NCBI RefSeq assembly: GCF_006345805.1
Contig: NC_042999.1
Span: 131,626,001-131,690,000, forward strand
Length of the DNA: 64,000 bases
Direction: 5' to 3'
Origin: Octopus sinensis
Lineage: Eukaryota
Under the pieces are notes generated by a model that saw only the letters and a program-made list of their open reading frames with translations, was not told where the DNA came from and made no database searches. Within the stretch, counting starts at the first letter, position 1, and each line of letters begins with the position of its first letter. This document shows positions 39,527 through 52,138 of the stretch, piece by piece. The position numbers and the translations under genes are program-made.

Positions 39527-39914
39527 GGTGGAAGCACTCCGTCGGTTACGACGACGAGAGTTCCGGTTGATCCGAATCAACGGAACAGCCTGCTCGTGAA
39601 ATTAACGTGTAAGTGGCTGAGCACTCCACAGACACGTGTACCCTTAACGTAGTTCTAGGGGATATTCAGCGTGACACAGAGAGTGACAAGGCCGGCCCTT
39701 TGAAATACAGGTACAACAGAAATAGGAAGTAAGAGTGAGAGAAAGTTGTGGTGAAAGAGTACAGCAGGGATCACCACCATCCCCTGCCGGAGCCTCGTGG
39801 AGCTTTAGGTGTTTTCGCTCAATAAACACTCACAACGCCCGGTCTGGGAATCGAAACCGCGATCCTATGACCGCGAGTCCGCTGCCCTAACCACTGGGCC
39901 ATTGCGCCTCCACA
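39527..39914 (-). mobile_element. SINE family C (tRNA-derived), full length
   Basis: A/B-box head ggcccagtggttaggg...ggtttcgattccc; TSD ttagaattact at 39516-39526 and 39915-39925. Confidence 0.92.
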
Positions 39915-40042
39915 TTAGAATTACTAACAACCTGAATAAACCAACTTTAGATTCAAAATTTGATGAATCAGAGAGTGAAAATGGTAAATCAGACTTGACC
40001 CCAGAAGCCCTATCACGCAGTTATTTTATCGAGGTCAAAATA

Positions 40043-41775
40043 AGGCGACGAGCTGGCAGAATCGTTAGTTCCTCAGGCAAAATGCTTCGGGACATTTCTT
40101 TTCGGCTCTGTGTTCCGAATTAAAATCAATCCGAGGTCGACTTTGCATTTCATCCTTTTGGAATTGATAAAATAAAGTACCAGTCATGTACTGGGTCGAT
40201 ATAATCGATTTATCCATTCCCTTAAAATTTGCAGGCCCTGCGCCAAAATCTGAAACAATAAAGTTTGCGAGTTGGCGGAATTGTGAGAACGTGAAAGAAA
40301 TGCTTTGCGACATTTCTTCCGGTTCATTACGTTCTGAGATCAAATTCCGTTGCGGTTAACTTTGCTTTTCACCCTTTCAGGGTCGATAAACTAAAGTACC
40401 TGTCAAGTATATGGGTCAATATAATTGATTACTCCTTACTTCAAAATTGCTGGCCTTGTGCCAAAATTAGAAAAATAAATTAACAGTATTCAAAGGGTGC
40501 GTTAACGACTTGGTTCCAAGAACCCTATCTCGTTTCATAAACTTCAAAAGTTGTGTGGTTGACAGTTATTTAAAAAAAAAAAAAAAACAGATTAAAATTC
40601 AGTAAACATACAAGTTTAGCCATTAATTTATTCTTTATTTTTGTAAGCCCGTTACATCATAGACATTTTACTTAAGCAATCCACACTTTGAAGAAGAAAG
40701 GTGAAATGATCAGCTTTTCATAAAGTTAATTATTAGATGACACATACGTGAAGTATTTTAAAGTTTAAAATTACATACTTGATCTTAAAAAAGAAAAAAG
40801 TGCGCAAGAAGTTTGTGTCTATTTTGATTGACATTTAAAAATTAATATCCATACAAAATTTGAAATATTTTCATTGAGAAACGCATAAAGCCCGGAATAA
40901 TCCTTTCTACAATAGGAACAAAAGCCTGAAATTTTGGAAGAGGAGAGATCAGTCGATATCATCGACCTTGACCCCAGTACTCAACTGGTACTATTTTATT
41001 GACCGCCCCCCCCCCCGAAAAGATAGAAAGCAAAGTCAACCTCGGCGGAAGTTGAACTCAGAACGTAAAGCCAGAAGAAATGCCGCTAAGCTTTTTGTCC
41101 GGCGTACTAATGATTCTGTCTGCTCGCCCCACTGATAATATTGATTACAAATTTCGATACAGGGTTAGCAGTTTCGGAGGAGAGAACTAGTCGATTACGT
41201 GAAGACGGACGAAATGTTGCTAAGCACTTTAATAATAATAATATTCTTTTCTAATAAAGGCACAAGACGTGAAAGTTTTGTAAGAGGGGACAAGCCGATT
41301 ACATTGTACAACCGGAAGAAATGCGCTAAGTATTTTGTGCACCGTGCTAACGATATTGACAGCTTGCTACCTTGACATTAACCAATAATAATGCATGTGT
41401 ATATAAGTATGCCTAATTTTATTGAAGAGTTGACTTCAGTTTCACTAAAATGCTTCAAGATTAAATCTTTGAAAACCTTAGATGAAAATGTACAGATTTT
41501 CTGGACACCCTTTAGTATTTCTATTGCTTCTGTGATTTCAATACCTACTGAATATAAATACATTAAATTTGCCAATATACATATAGCTGGTAGAATCGTT
41601 AGCACGCCGGACAAACTGTTTTGCAGTATTTACGTTCTGAGTTCAAATTCCGCCGAGGTCGACTTTGCTTTTCATCCTTTCGGAGTCGATAAAGTCAGTA
41701 CCAGATGAGCACCGAGATCGATGTAATCTACCATCTCCCTCTCCTTCAAATTGCTGGCCTTGTACCTGTATTAGA
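40043..41775. mobile_element. Cluster of diverged SINE family B copies in both orientations
   Basis: Repeated gaggtcgactttgc/tttcatcc modules at ~40043-40480 (+), 40905-41375 (-) and 41585-41775 (+). Confidence 0.75.
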
Positions 41776-41824
41776 AAGTCTATATACGTTAAACGTTAAT
41801 CCCAACTGGTGTTTAGACTGAGGT

Positions 41825-42201
41825 GGAGGCGCAATGGCCCAGTGGTTAGGGCAGTGGACTCGCGGTCGTAGGATCGCGGTTTCGATTCCCAGACCGGGCG
41901 TTGTAAGTGTTTATTGAGCGAAAACACCTAAAAAGCTCCACGAGGCTCCGGCAGGGATGGTGGTGATCCCTGCTGTACTCTTTCATCACAACTTTCTCTC
42001 ATTCTTACTTCCTGTTTCTGTTGTACCTGTATTTCAAAGGGCCGGCCTTGTCACGCTGAATATCCCCGAGAACTACGTTAAGGGTACACGTGTCTGTGGA
42101 GTGCTCAGCCACTTACACGTTAATTTCACGAGCAGGCTGTTCCGTTGATCGGATCAACCGGAACCCTCGTCGTCGTAAACGACGGAGTGCTTCCAATCAA
42201 A
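41825..42201 (+). mobile_element. SINE family C, full length
   Basis: Near-identical inverse of 39527-39914; TSD gtttagactgaggt at 41811-41824 and 42202-42215. Confidence 0.92.
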
Positions 42202-43120
42202 GTTTAGACTGAGGTATGTCACGATGATTTGTGGACACTTTTTATATTATTAGTACTAGGCTCTGTTGCTTCAATATAGACTCTGTAATATAGAGTAAAA
42301 TAAACTAGCTTCGCTCAGTGGAGTAGCATTACTTTACCCATTCAAACGCGTAGTCGATCGATCTGCTAGAAATAACAGCCAAATCTCTCTTATTACGCCA
42401 TATAGTTTTAAAAATGAAGCAACAGTATGTAGTTTACTAGGTGTAGGTTGATGATGAAAAGCTGAACTGATGTACACAAGAAAATGAGTATTAAAGAGTA
42501 GCGTAGCTACGTGAAAGCAGTGGGGGTGGTGCCCCCAGACAAAGCTTTTATGGGTGCCCTAAGTAGGGACACACAAGGCATGAAATTGTTGGGGAGGGGT
42601 CTTGTCGATTACATTAGTCCCAGTGTTCAACTGGTTATTTCATTGATCCCGAAAGGCAAAGTCGACCTCGGCGGCATTTTAACTCAGAGTGTAAAGACGG
42701 ACGAAATGCCGCTAAGCATTTTGTCCGGCGAGCTAACGATTCTAACGAAGCCTAGATACATTGTCTGAAAATAAAACAGGATGATAACAACTTGAATACC
42801 TCTCATCATAGGCCTGTTTAGAAATAACAGTAAAAATAAAAACTTCATAAGTAAATAAAATCTTTTGAAAATTCTTTTTGTAAGCAGAAAAGAATTTAAA
42901 CCTATTTTATTAGAGAATTGAAGGAAAGTCTGCTAACACCGAGAGTCTAACGAGTAAAGCTAATAGAACCGTTGATCTTCAGTTCCAGAACCTAAAAATT
43001 TATATAATTGAACTTCAGATATACGCAGGTTGGGTGTACTTTTTATTGTTTAGACTTAAATCACCGATGGAACTGAAGAAGATAAACAATCTGTATATAA
43101 ATTCGAGTTCCAATTTTTTT

Positions 43121-43487
43121 TTTACTTTTTCAGTCATTTGACTACGGCCATGCTGGAGCACCGCCTTGAATAGTTTTAGTCGAACAAATCGACCCCAGGA
43201 TTTATTTCTTAAGCCTAGTACTTATTCTATTGGTTTCTTTCGCCGAACCGCTAAGTTACAGAGACGTAAACACACCAACACCAGTTGTGAAGGGGTGATG
43301 GAGAGACAAACACAGACACAAAAACACACACATACGATGGGCTTCTTTTAGTTTCCGTCTACCAAATCCACTTGATCGGCCCGAGGCTATAGTAGAAGAC
43401 ACTTGTCCAAATTGTCACGCAGTGAGACTGAACCTGGAACAACGTGGTTGGGAAGCAAGCTTCTTACCACACTGCCGCGCCTGCGCC
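43121..43487 (-). mobile_element. SINE family A
   Basis: Matches the family A sequence. Confidence 0.85.
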
Positions 43488-43758
43488 TATTCTATGTCCA
43501 GCAAGTTTATTGGTGCTGCAAATTGATGTGCTAAAAAGACTTAGTATCGAAACAATACAATTTACTATTAAACAATTACTGTAATTCGTACTTGTTCTCT
43601 CATTAGTGAGCAACTTGTAACAATGGTGAATTCTTTTTAGACCATGTCATTAGTGAATGATTTTCAGCTCAGGTTTACAAGTTACAGAAAAATATTTGTC
43701 CGAAAGAGAATGCACGCTATCAAAAGACGCGCTCTGCAGAAAATATTGTTTAGGTATA

Positions 43759-45090
43759 CAGTAGCAGCCATAATGTAAGGGTCAGTAAGAACAAGTATAT
43801 TGAAATAGTTATTATAGAAGATTAACAACACGTAGAGACTAGATATTTTACACATATTTAAATATATCTAATATCTACCTTTCGTGAAAGTTTCAAGTGC
43901 ATGGAATTAATATTTCTTAAGTTATGAGGAAATAAACAATCTTCCAAATTGCAGCGGCCAAAAGTTAAGGGTCACTTAGAAAAAATGATTTACTAACCGA
44001 GGTATTTGTTGTTTAGAAGACTGTTAATGGGCTAACAGTTATTTCTTATGATCTTACATTATTGGAACTTTCAACTGTCAACATGGCGGCTTGTGAGAGA
44101 CGACCGGTGTCCTGTATTGAAAAACAAAGGATTGTGTGCCTTCGCCAAAAGGGCAAGTGGAATTCTATGAGAGCAACTACTGTAGGGAGGTCTAGAAGTG
44201 TTGTGCAACGAATTATAGCTCGTTTTAATTCATCAGAATCGACAGATGCTAAACCCCCAAACCAGTAGATCGCGTAAAACTTCACTAAGACAGGATCGTA
44301 TTATGGTTAGAATGTCACTGAAGGATAGGTTTAAGAGTGCTGCTGAGATATCCCGCGAGTTAAGCGCCACTTCCCGTGACAACGTATCGCGCAAAACAGT
44401 TTCTCGGAGGTTATGAGGTTCTGGGTTGCTTGCTCGGGCACCGACAAAGAAACCTCTGATTTCAAAGAAGAATTAAAGAGTCCGCCTTCGTTTCGCTCAC
44501 GAACATGTGGTTTGGACAGAAGAACAGTGGTCGCAGGTTCATTTTAGCGATGAATCGAAGTTTAATGTTATTGGTTCCGATAGCGGGATGTACGTCCGAC
44601 GAAGTGGCGAAAGGTTATCTTGTGCATGTGTGAAGAAGACAGTGAAATATGGAGGAGGTAGTGTAATGGTATGGGGAATGATCTCTGCTGCGGGTCCTGG
44701 TCCACTTATTCGCCTGCAGGGAACTGTCAATGCTGAAATCTACAAGCAGGTTCTTAGACAGCATTCCCTTCCACATCTCCGATCCTCGTCAGTTTAACCC
44801 CCTGTCTTTGTGCAGGACAACGCTTTTGAGTGAAGGGTTGATCTCATGGACTGGCCACCTCAAAGTCCCGATTTCAACCCTATAGAAAACGTTTGGAAGA
44901 TAATTGAAGATGGGGTGCGAAGGAGAAATCCAAACAACCAAACTGAACTCCGGGAATTATTGAAAAACGAATGGAACAATATTACTCTATCATTTTGCAA
45001 GAAATTAATTCAGTGCTGTGGTAATAAATGTCAGGAGGTCATTGATAGTAAAGGGATAAAGCTAATTTCATCGTTTTTTTAGAGTGACCC
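43759..45090 (+). mobile_element. Degenerate Tc1 (DD34E-type) transposon, IR/DR-type left end, right end truncated
   Basis: FSDESKF, YGGGSVMVWG, QDNA and WPPQSPDFNPIENVW; direct repeat taagggtca at the terminus and ~190 bp inside. Confidence 0.88.
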
Positions 45091-45093
45091 ATG

Positions 45094-45294
45094 TATACAG
45101 TTATGCTGGGCCGTTGAAGTCTCCAAGTTTTTTTCACTCTGTTTATTTTCATTTATTCCTCTCTGTTGAAGAGCGTAGGCTCAAAACGTAAAATACTTTT
45201 TTCATTTTTCCTGAGCGTCAAACTAATACACTTGCTTGTTCATATGCACCTGTCTTCGTCTTGTGTTTTTCTATAAATTTCAACTATATACAGT
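45094..45294 (+). mobile_element. Short Penelope-like fragment with a degenerate hammerhead core
   Basis: ctgttga-a-gagc-gtag-gctc-aaaacgt at 45163-45189; flanked by tatacagt direct repeats; related to 47525-47700. Confidence 0.5.
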
Positions 45295-45476
45295 ATATAT
45301 ATAAATAGAAATATATATATTTCTATTTATATTTAAAACTCCAATGTTTTAAAGCCTGATACTTATTATATCGAGTTCTTTTGCTGAACCGCTAAGTTAC
45401 GGTGACGTAAATAGACCAACATCGGTTGTCAAGCGACGGAGGGAGAGGGGAATGGGAAAATACAACACAAACACAA

Positions 45477-45527
<51 letters not shown>

Positions 45528-45779
45528 ACACACACGCGCGCGTACAAGGGGCTTCGTTCTATTTCTGTCAACCAAATCCTCTCACAACCCGGAGCTAAAG
45601 TTGAAGACACTTGTCCCAGCCCAAATAATATATTATTTACTGTCTGATATTTTAGTAAATGATTTTATTTACATTCTTAGGCTGTTATTTATTTTTATAT
45701 ATATTCTTGAATATAAATGGACCTTCGTCACTTTCGATGATGAATGTTCAGTTGCTTTCTCAACTAACCTTTCTCTGGT

Positions 45780-46076
45780 ACTCCATCTGTTACGACGATG
45801 ATGGTTCCAGTTGATCCTGTCAACGGAACAGCCTACTCGTTAAATTAACGTGCAAGTGGCTGAGCGTAGACCTCAGGGAGATTCAGTGTGACACAGAATG
45901 TGAAAAGGCTGGCTCTTTTGAAAAGCAGGTACTTACTAATCATTATTGCCAGCTGACTAGACTGGAGGAACGTGAAATAAAGTCTCTTGCTCAAAGACAC
46001 AACGCGTTGCCGGGAATCGAAATCATGGCCTTACGATTGTGGGCCAAATACCCTAACCACTAAGCCACGCGCCTTC
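45780..46076 (-). mobile_element. SINE family C-related, diverged
   Basis: Shares the 3' region ...aattaacgtgcaagtggctgag and a tRNA-like head. Confidence 0.7.
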
Positions 46077-47292
46077 AACCGACGTAACTATTCATAGAAT
46101 TAACGTTTGAGGAGCTGAGTGTCATATAGTCACGTGTATCCTTAACGTAAATCTCGAGTAGAATCAACATGATACGGTGTGACAAAACAACTTAAATTTT
46201 TGCTTTCAAGTACAGTCCCTCTGATAAGCTTCAGTACAGTTTTCCATCTACCCGATTTCACTCGCAAGACTTGGACACTTACTGAAGTTGTCACACTCTG
46301 GATCGAACCTGGCACGTCATAATTACGAAGTGAACTTCTCAAGCATTCGACCTTGCTGATGGTTAGCTCACATCACTAATAATATCTGAGAGATTGTAAA
46401 TAGCCGCTTCAATTTTGTGAAAATATCTGACGGTAAACATAGACTTTCATTATGAATATTACCTCGTAATAATTACATTCCCAAAATAGAAGACCTAAAA
46501 CAGACAAGATCGTCGCCCCGGAAATACAAGCAATAGCTGTGTCATCATTTTGTTGAAAGACTACTTTATTTTTCGTTCTACTTCGCCCATATTGTTAGCT
46601 ATGGCCTTACTAGAGTATTATTCCTCCAAATTATATTTGCACATGCTTTTTTCCACTGCATTTAGAAACTACTTTATGAAGATTTTATACTATAAAAATA
46701 ACCCTTTAATTTATGTATTACTTAACACAGTAGATAAACGAAGTTCCTCTCATACATATACACAAGCACATACGACACCTGTTCGTGCACACACACACAC
46801 ACACACACACGGATTAGTGAAGTTTTGTGCTTACAAACACTCTCAAAAGACCAAATATATTTAGTTTAATTTTTATATTTTATAAGAAGATGAAGATGTT
46901 TTTGGATTGGAAGTCTGTGTTTCACGTTATCAACTATTCAAGCGACTGAAGTTGGGAGGGAAAATATTTGCGAGCACAACGAAATCGGATTGTTTGCTGG
47001 AAAAACGTTAGAAAACATCACATACTTCTACTCAATTGTCATGTGCTGAACACGTGCTATTTTCACCTTTGCACATGCGAAAACACTTTTAAGTTTTAAG
47101 TCTTCAATGTCATGTGCATTCTTGTAAGCAAAGAAGGAGTTTATTGTCAATGAAGTTTTTGTGCTGAGGAATAAATGAATGTGTTTCTTAATTGTATGAC
47201 CATCTTTCAGTTTTGGACGAAGCCATTATGTAGGAAATAAATTATTTTGCCTTGGAAGTTTCTCAATAAATAGCGATGGTACTGTCTATAAG

Positions 47293-47505
47293 AAGGCGGC
47301 GAGCTGGCAGAAACGTTAGCACGCCGGGCGAAATGCGTAGCCGTATTTCGTCTGTCGTTACGTTGTGAGTTCAAATTCCACCGAGGTCGACTTTTCTGAT
47401 AGAATAAGTATGAAGCATGAAACAATGTCCTGGGGTCAATTTGTTCGACAAAAACCCTTCAAGGCAGTGCCTCAACATGGCTGCAGTCAAATGACCGAAA
47501 GAAGT
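47293..47505 (+). mobile_element. Chimeric SINE: family B head joined to family A tail
   Basis: B sequence up to gaggtcgacttt (~47394), then the A tail gatagaataagta...gtcaaatgaccgaaa. Confidence 0.7.
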
Positions 47506-47634
47506 AATATATATATATAGAGAGAGAGTTAATCCAAACAGGAAAACACAAAGAAAAAACACAACAACAACGCGAGGATGTGGAACATGTATAGTGTTAT
47601 TGGACACTCAGGAAAGGAAAGGAAAGAAGGAGAA

Positions 47635-47668
47635 TTTAACGTTTCGAGCGGAGCTCTTCGTCAGAAAC
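47635..47668 (-). ncRNA. Minimal hammerhead-like motif in a Penelope-like fragment (47525-47700)
   Basis: Minus strand guuuCUGACGA-a-GAGC-ucc-GCUC-GAAAC-GUU-aaa; palindromic AACGUU stem III. Confidence 0.5.
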
Positions 47669-47750
47669 ATAGAAAAAGGAAAGGTCCAAGGAAGGAGTGT
47701 CACTTTGATGGCCTGCACTGCTCATCCCTAGTAAAAAAAAATAATACCAC

Positions 47751-48005
47751 CAGTTTCATTGTTGAAGGATCAAGGAATATGCTAGGTAAAGGATATTCGT
47801 AGCTACTACTATCCTTTACCTAGGAAATTTTTTGATCCTTCAACAATGGAACTGCTAGCTGCAATTCTCTTTTACAATGGATTTCCTGAATTCTTCGACC
47901 ATGGAACTGCTAACCACTCTTCTCGTTCACTAAGGAAGTTCCTTAATTTTTCGATGAACTGTTAACTATCAATATCCTATATTAAGGGGATTCCTTAATT
48001 CTTTC
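47751..48005. repeat. 104-bp hairpin followed by a ~52-55-bp diverged minisatellite
   Basis: The 47751-47794 arm pairs with 47809-47854; repeated gga..ttcct.aatt.ttc...gaactg units follow. Confidence 0.7.
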
Positions 48006-48429
48006 TCCCCGAAGACGGTATAGTTGGCTTACGTGGAAATCTTTGCTCAATAACATGCTCCACATGCTCAGCTATTCTAGAAACAGCTGTAATAGACTTT
48101 ACGCATTATTTCTTAATCTCTTAATCCCTTATTTACTGTAACTACTTTGCAGTTATGTTTGAATTATAACTTAAATATTCTATAGTGACACCACATGTTT
48201 TGCTTATTCGTTTCTCTCTCTGTAATATATCTACCCGCTCAATGATGAGCCACTTATATCCGTCTTTGATAGGCAGCTTCAACACCACGTTTGTTTCAGC
48301 TGAAGTTCAAGCCAAAGTTTTAGTGGTAAATCAACCCGAGCACTTACAGTAAATACATCATGTCATTAGACGGAATTTTACACACACACACACACTGTGA
48401 AGTTTCTCTAAAAACAAAGGAATCAATAT

Positions 48430-48853
48430 TCTTTTCTACCTTAGGCCCAACATTTTTGGGGAGTGGGCCAGTCAATTAGATCGACCCCAGTATGCAACTG
48501 GTACTTAATTTATCGACCCGAACGAATGAAAGGCAAAGTCGACCTTGGCGGAATTTGAACTCAGAACGTAAAGACAGACGAAATACTGCTAATCATTTCG
48601 CCCGGCGTGCTAACGTTTCTTATAGCTTTACTGTCCAGAAGGGGCTACACACAGAGGGGACAAAAAAGGACAGACAAACTGATCAAGCTAATTATAACGG
48701 CCTCAGTGCGTACCTGGTACTTATTTAATCGACCCCGAAAGGATGAAAGGCAAAGTCGACCTCGGTGAAATTTGAACTCAGAACGTAGCGGTAGACGAAA
48801 TATCGCTAAACATTTCGCCCGTTGTGCTAACGTTTCTGCCAACTCGTCGCCTT
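48430..48853 (-). mobile_element. Tandem pair of SINE family B copies
   Basis: Two successive atgaaaggcaaagtcgacct...aactcagaacgta modules. Confidence 0.82.
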
Positions 48854-49349
48854 ACAATTGAATCAATATTGATAGCATTTTCTTTTTAAAAAAGGAAAAT
48901 GATTTATGACTTCGGTGGCGGCGGCGACGACAACGGCGATAGTAACTGCTTCTTTACAATAAAAGTTACACAATATGGGTTTTATAATATGGGACAGATA
49001 TAAAAATGAAAAACCAAAGTAGGACTGTTGAACATTATACGAGGGACGAATTAAAAAATTAATAACGCATAAAATAATTATTTCTATTCCAGGCACAAGG
49101 CCTTGAGAATTTTTGGCGGGAAGGGGGCTAGTCGATTACATCGACCCCAGTGCGTAAGTGGTACTTATTTCATCGACCCCGGCATGCTAACGATTCTGCA
49201 AGCTCACCGCCTTAAATTAGTATAAAATAATATAAAATAATAATGTTATTTAAATTAGAGAAAAACAGAACCCCATGGAACATGTTTATGGTTTACCTAC
49301 ACTTAAACGAGTAGAAACGTACTGGGTTGGTTGTCACGGAGTACCCACA

Positions 49350-50640
49350 ACTCTTTACTTCCGTTCTTTCTCGTACTGAATTCTGGCACACCCAAAGGCA
49401 CCTGTTGACATATTCTGGTGTTGGGTTGATTTGGAAATTTTCAATGTGCTCTCGGGTTCATAATCTTTCAAGTATTCATTAAATGCTACTTCGCACCTTA
49501 TTAATATTCCGTCTTCCGCATATTTATAATTCTCATCTTCTAAAAGTCTCTCTGGCGAACATTTCAGCGACAAACGAATTACAAGGCGTCTTATGCATTG
49601 CGTACGTTTCTATTACCTCTGTGCTATTCACCCGCTCTATGAATAACCCTAACCCTAACCCCTAACACTTTTTTGACGATTGTTGGGGTTAACTTCTATT
49701 TTATGAGGTCTTCTTTTTTAACTCTTGCACCCTCCAGGCCCGTCTCCAGACTTTGGTGTTTAGGGGTGCTTCAGAGTATTCTGGGTGGGTACTAATTTGT
49801 ATTATGAGACGATTTTTGCAAACTGTATTTTCTAAATGTAAGGGTGCACCATTGAATAGTGAGGGTGCAGTGCTTTCCAGTGCAACTCCTTAGCGATGGG
49901 CATGTTAGTAGACTTGAAGAAATGTATTGCTGGGAGATTTCTGTAAACTGTATTTTTCAAGTCTGAGGGTACAGTGCCATCCAGTGTCACTCCTTAGTGA
50001 CGGGCATGGTATTCTCAGTGGTTGTTTCTTCTTGCTTCTCCATAATTTCTTTTTGTTCATCACAAGACGATACAGTGGCGTCGTTGATTAGTCTACGGTC
50101 GGTTGATGAGATGACTGGTTGCTTGTTTTGAAGACTAGGCACGAAGTAGCTACCTCGACAGTCTCCGTCATTTCTGCGACCTTGATGAATGATACTGTGG
50201 AAACTTTAGCCTCCTACTGTGGCTAATTTTCAGCTTTTAGGGCAAAAATCCCGCTCATGCTCTTTGTTTCATCGCCGTTGCTCCGGTCACAGCACCGGTC
50301 GATTTTGTGGTTTTCGCAAGTCATCAGGACTTCCACGTCCATCCTAACCCCTCTCAACCATATGTGACTTCTGGTTACCACATGCACTGACCTCTCGTTC
50401 GTACTATGAGACAAAGGTGATAAGTCGCGAACCAGCATTGTTGTCAGTGTCGCTGGCCTTCACTTTGTATTTCTCTACGTCAAAACTGTCACACAAGTTT
50501 CACGATTTTAGTCTTAAAAACACAGCAGATAGTTCAGTAAATTTTACTCTCGATCAATTGAGATAACTTCTGGTATTTCATTGAGCGCTTCTTCCACTTA
50601 CTGTTTCAAGAATAACCGGAAGCTTCCATTGTTCTTAAAA
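49350..50640 (-). pseudogene. Possible decayed LINE ORF1-like sequence interrupted by a MITE (49735-50007)
   Basis: Protein-like minus frames (DVEKYKVKA..., HIWLRGVRMDVEVLMTC); inserted element with caggcccgtc...gacgggcatg termini. Confidence 0.3.
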
Positions 50641-51335
50641 ACACACAAATAAATTAGTTTATATTTCTCCGTTGTTATATGTATTTTTCGGATAGAAAAA
50701 CTCCGTTTCGCGTGACATAGTTTTCCTCACATCCCTTTTTCAAAGAAATTTCCCATATCTAAGGTCGCCGCCTAGTTTGTCACGCGGACAAAACGGATCC
50801 TATTTGTAATGGTCTTAAAATTTTGTGTGGCGCCACAAATGTGTGTGCGAAAGTTGTTGACAAATAGATTTTTAGTAATATTACTAGCGGTGCTCTCAAA
50901 TGAATCGTCATTAATAATCTCTTCCTTTTTTTTTTTTTTTTTGTAAGGTGTGTGTCTTTGTGTACAATGTTTTCTTGTTCTATATTGTGTATGTTCTGTA
51001 TACGACATTCTTAGTTCTGCATTTTTTCTAAGGGCGCGGTTCGGAATTTTCGTAGCCATTTTGACTTTTGTATGTAGGTAGCGTGAAAAAAAGAAATAAA
51101 ATTTGCCTTGAAAAGAAACCTTATTATTCTACTTTGTCTAAACCTTGTATGGATAAACCCCACTCTTTCAGAAGCTGTGTACTCATAGATTCAATATAAC
51201 TAACTACTTAATTTACTAAAAAAATTATTTCGAGGTGCTCTTTGATAGATAGACAATATTTTAGGGGGACTGATGCAGTTATATTTACTAGTTCCCCTCT
51301 CATGCACACAAAAGCGCCCTCTCTTTCCTTGTTCC

Positions 51336-51390
<55 letters not shown>

Positions 51391-51732
51391 TTTTCCCTCT
51401 CTCACGCAAGTCTTACTCTTCTCTGAAATACTCTCATATATCTTTTTCCTATCTCAGCCCTCTAGACTACACTTCGTTTTGCAAGGTGTTCCAATTTATA
51501 TAGCTCCCAAACACTCGTCTCTTTCAGTTCTTCGTCTAAATATCAGCAACAAAGACTTCTAGTTACTCTCTCTCAAATTCTCTCTTCACCATTTATATAA
51601 GTCCATCTGCTGTCTCCACTGTTGTCCAACTTTCTGCGGTTGTTTGATGTCTCTTCTTTTGTATTCAAGACATTTCTCCCCCCCCTCCTCTCTTTCTTTG
51701 AGAACTAGATTTATTGGACATTTACACTCTAC

Positions 51733-52138
51733 CTATTTTACTCTTTACTATTTTACTTGTTTCAGTCATTTGACTGTGGCCATGCTGGAACACCGCCTTT
51801 AGTGGAACAAATCGACCCCAGGACATATTCTTTATAAGCCTAGTACTTATTCTATCGGTCTCTTTTGTTGAACCGCTAAGTTACGGGGACGTAAACACAC
51901 TAGCATCGGTTGTCAAGCGATGTTGTGGGGACAAACATAGACACACACACACACACATATATATATACATATATACGACGGGCTTCTTTCAGTTTCCATC
52001 TACCAAATCCACTCACAAAGCTTTGGTCAGCCCGAGGCTATAGTAGAAGACACTTGCCCAAGGTGCCACGCAGTGGGACTGAACCCGGAACCATGTGGTT
52101 GGTAAGCAAGCTACTTACCACACAGCTACTCCTACGCC
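51733..52138 (-). mobile_element. SINE family A, full length
   Basis: Matches the family A sequence; a diverged copy follows at 52366-52860. Confidence 0.9.

Noticed and set aside
41825-41900. tRNA-like sequence (also 39840-39911 and 61351-61420)
   Set aside because: SINE heads continuing into SINE bodies; no acceptor stem or terminator of a true tRNA gene
47829-47841. tttttgatccttc match to 28S rRNA
   Set aside because: Only 13 nt; part of a local hairpin/minisatellite
50772-51059. 95-aa minus ORF with an AAAATGGC start
   Set aside because: Runs through a poly-A tract; no domain or splice support
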